64,000 nt of DNA from the human T2T-CHM13v2.0 reference genome, Homo sapiens. Positions 60,725-64,000 of this stretch are shown here, piece after piece. The notes beneath the pieces were generated by a model. The model was not told the origin of the DNA, searched no databases, and worked only from the letters and a program-made list of their open reading frames with translations. The stretch is taken from NCBI RefSeq assembly GCF_009914755.1, contig NC_060933.1; one strand, 5' to 3'. The translations under genes were made by a program, and so were the position numbers. The stretch's first letter is position 1; each line of letters begins with the position of its first letter.

Positions 60725-61040
60725 GTCATAAACTCACGTGCCTTGAGTGGTAGTGCAGGTAACATGAGTGAGTGAGAAGGGCCAGGCAGGAGCTCACCGG
60801 GCATGCGCCAAAGCATAGCGCACTCGTTGCCTGCCCGGAGCAGCTGCTACCAACTGAGGCCGGCTGTCCTCAGGCTGCGGAGCTGGCTCGGTGTTGCCAA
60901 TTTAAAAGGACATGCAAGTCTCGACTTTTACATATCATTTTCCAATTTTAAATATTGGCAACTAGTTCAAAAGTTTAAAAATATTTATGTGGATCAAAGG
61001 AAACACATCTTTGGGGCATCCCAGTTTATGACCCCTTGGG
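60725..61040. mobile_element. Probable MER102-like hAT element
   Basis: tgttgccaa...ttttaaatattggcaact motif pair. Confidence 0.45.
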
Positions 61041-61501
61041 TTGGCTGTGTTGGGAGAAAGGGAGAAAGGCGTAAATGACAGATCTCATCACTTTGATGAT
61101 TTCTCTTTGGTCTGATGCTCACATGGCCACACAATATTAGTTCTGTCAGTTATGTACCACGGTGGGGGCTCAAACATTATTTCTCTCTGTGCCTTTTTAG
61201 TTTCCAGATTGAAATATGAGTATCAGGCAAAACATAACAGGCTCAGGTCTTGCAAGTTGTGGAGCGAAGGCTGCCAGTGCACGGTGGCAGAAGGTGGAGG
61301 GCTTATTCTTGTTCTCTTCTGCTTTATCCGGTTTTTCACTGACACCTATGACTGCCCTGGGAGACAGGCTTAACAGACTTGTTCGAGGAAGCACCATAAG
61401 TTGAAGCAAAGAACAAATGGGAAATAAAAGTGACGGCCATAAAAATAGGAAAAGAGTATGATGAGGGGAGGCAGGTTATGGATTTTGCATAATCTCTTTA
61501 G

Positions 61502-61879
<378 letters not shown>

Positions 61880-62569
61880 TGATATTTCTAAGATGTCAGA
61901 TTCTAAAAAGGTAGCTGTTGAAACTAGAAAATGTAATGATAGCATTCTAAATTTCTAGATAGGTATTAAGAAGGGAATTTTGAACCTATAGTTTCTGTTG
62001 AAATCTTGGACAAATTAAGATAAAATAAGCAAATCTAGGGAATAAGTGCAAACAGCAAACAAACAAACAAAAACCCAGCAACAACAAAAAACTCAAAGCC
62101 AGTTTAATTGTCTGGCTTTGAAGAGAAATTGTACTAATTCATGTCTTTATTTTAATGAATGCAAGAGTAAATAAGAAATCTAATTAAAACACCACCATTG
62201 AAAGGACGTTATTTGTTAATTAAATGCTTGCAAATCTTATTTGTATACTGAGTTCTTCCAATTATCAATCAGTTCTTACAATACAAAAGGAGGCAATAAG
62301 ACGCAGTGGAAAGAACCTTTGTATTGTAGTTCCTACTGTCATTCCTGTAGGGTGAGCTCTACCCATCAATCTTCCCTCACTTGAAGACTTACCATTTTTC
62401 ATGCATATACTTAGAGAAGTACACAGTGTAATGCAATATAATGAACTGCGCATGTAAGAAAAGATCAAAAGTGTAGGTTAAATCCTTATAACAAAATAGT
62501 AAGTTGCCATTAAAATAATGTCATAAATTTATACATTCAGGTAAGAAATGATCCCCAAAATAATATGTA

Positions 62570-62919
<350 letters not shown>

Positions 62920-63518
62920 TTAAAAAGCAGTATATGAAGAGAGTAGAAGATGAAGATGTGTTCCCGTTTATGTTTTACATTTAAACAAAAAAGACCTGTG
63001 TGTATGTGGCTATTGTTTTATGCAGGATAGATTTGGAAGGATGCACATATGCATAAAAATAACTCTTAACCTTTCCACAGTGCCTGATTTTTAAAAACGA
63101 TAGTAAAATTGCTTTTGTTGAAATATCAAAGCAACAATGCTTTGATATTTCAAAGCTAATGGATATATTTCTGTTCTCATCTGACTCCACCTTTCACTTG
63201 ACATCATGGTTGATAATTTGCTCCTTCTTGAAAAAGTTGACTTGTTTCTTGAGAGCACTTTCCCAGAGTTTTCTTTCTGTCTTTCCCCCTGCACCTTCTG
63301 TCTTTGTTGAGGGCACATTTTCTACCACATGTGTAAAGTTTGGAGAGCCCAGGGCTCAGTCAGCTCTGTTCTTTTCCTAGGGGATTTCATTAATTCCCAT
63401 TGCTTTAAATCACCATTATGCTGGTGTTCTTGCCTCAAATTTCTATCACCGTTTACCTTCCGGACATCCCCAACTAGATGTTTAATAAGCACCTAAAATG
63501 TAATAATAAAAATAACAT

Positions 63519-63830
<312 letters not shown>

Positions 63831-64000
63831 CATATAAAAATATAAGAATAACATATAAGATATATGTCATACATATATAATATAACATATAAAATATAAT
63901 AATAAAAATAACATACGTGGAACTTTTACATTTCTACCTATTACCATGGTCCCCAAGCCTTTTCTTTCCCAGGGAATGGCACCATGATTTATCCATTTTT

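Overview
This is human/primate genomic DNA, rich in Alu, L1, L2, MIR, Tigger and MaLR repeats. It covers the 5' end of PCSK5 (proprotein convertase PC5/6) on the + strand. It contains a CpG-island promoter (~9.1-11.6 kb), coding exon 1 (ATG 9875 to donor 10066; signal peptide and start of the prodomain), a 41,004-nt intron 1, coding exon 2 (51071-51175; prodomain with the RTIKR motif) and the first ~12.8 kb of intron 2. I found no other protein-coding gene; almost all other ORFs in the track are Alu, L1, Tigger, microsatellite or GC-rich artefacts. I see no evidence for a wholly new biological system. The most interesting unexplained signals are small: a strong-context minimal uORF (ATG-GTC-TAG) in the leader, a 45-bp Z-DNA-type tract just inside intron 1, a TSD-flanked tailless 5S rRNA retro-fragment, a ~90-nt non-repeat hairpin, a short dispersed duplication, two motif-dense candidate intronic enhancers and a near full-length nested Tigger1. 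Repeat subfamily names come from my recall of consensus sequences, and repeat boundaries are approximate unless TSD/TIR-defined.
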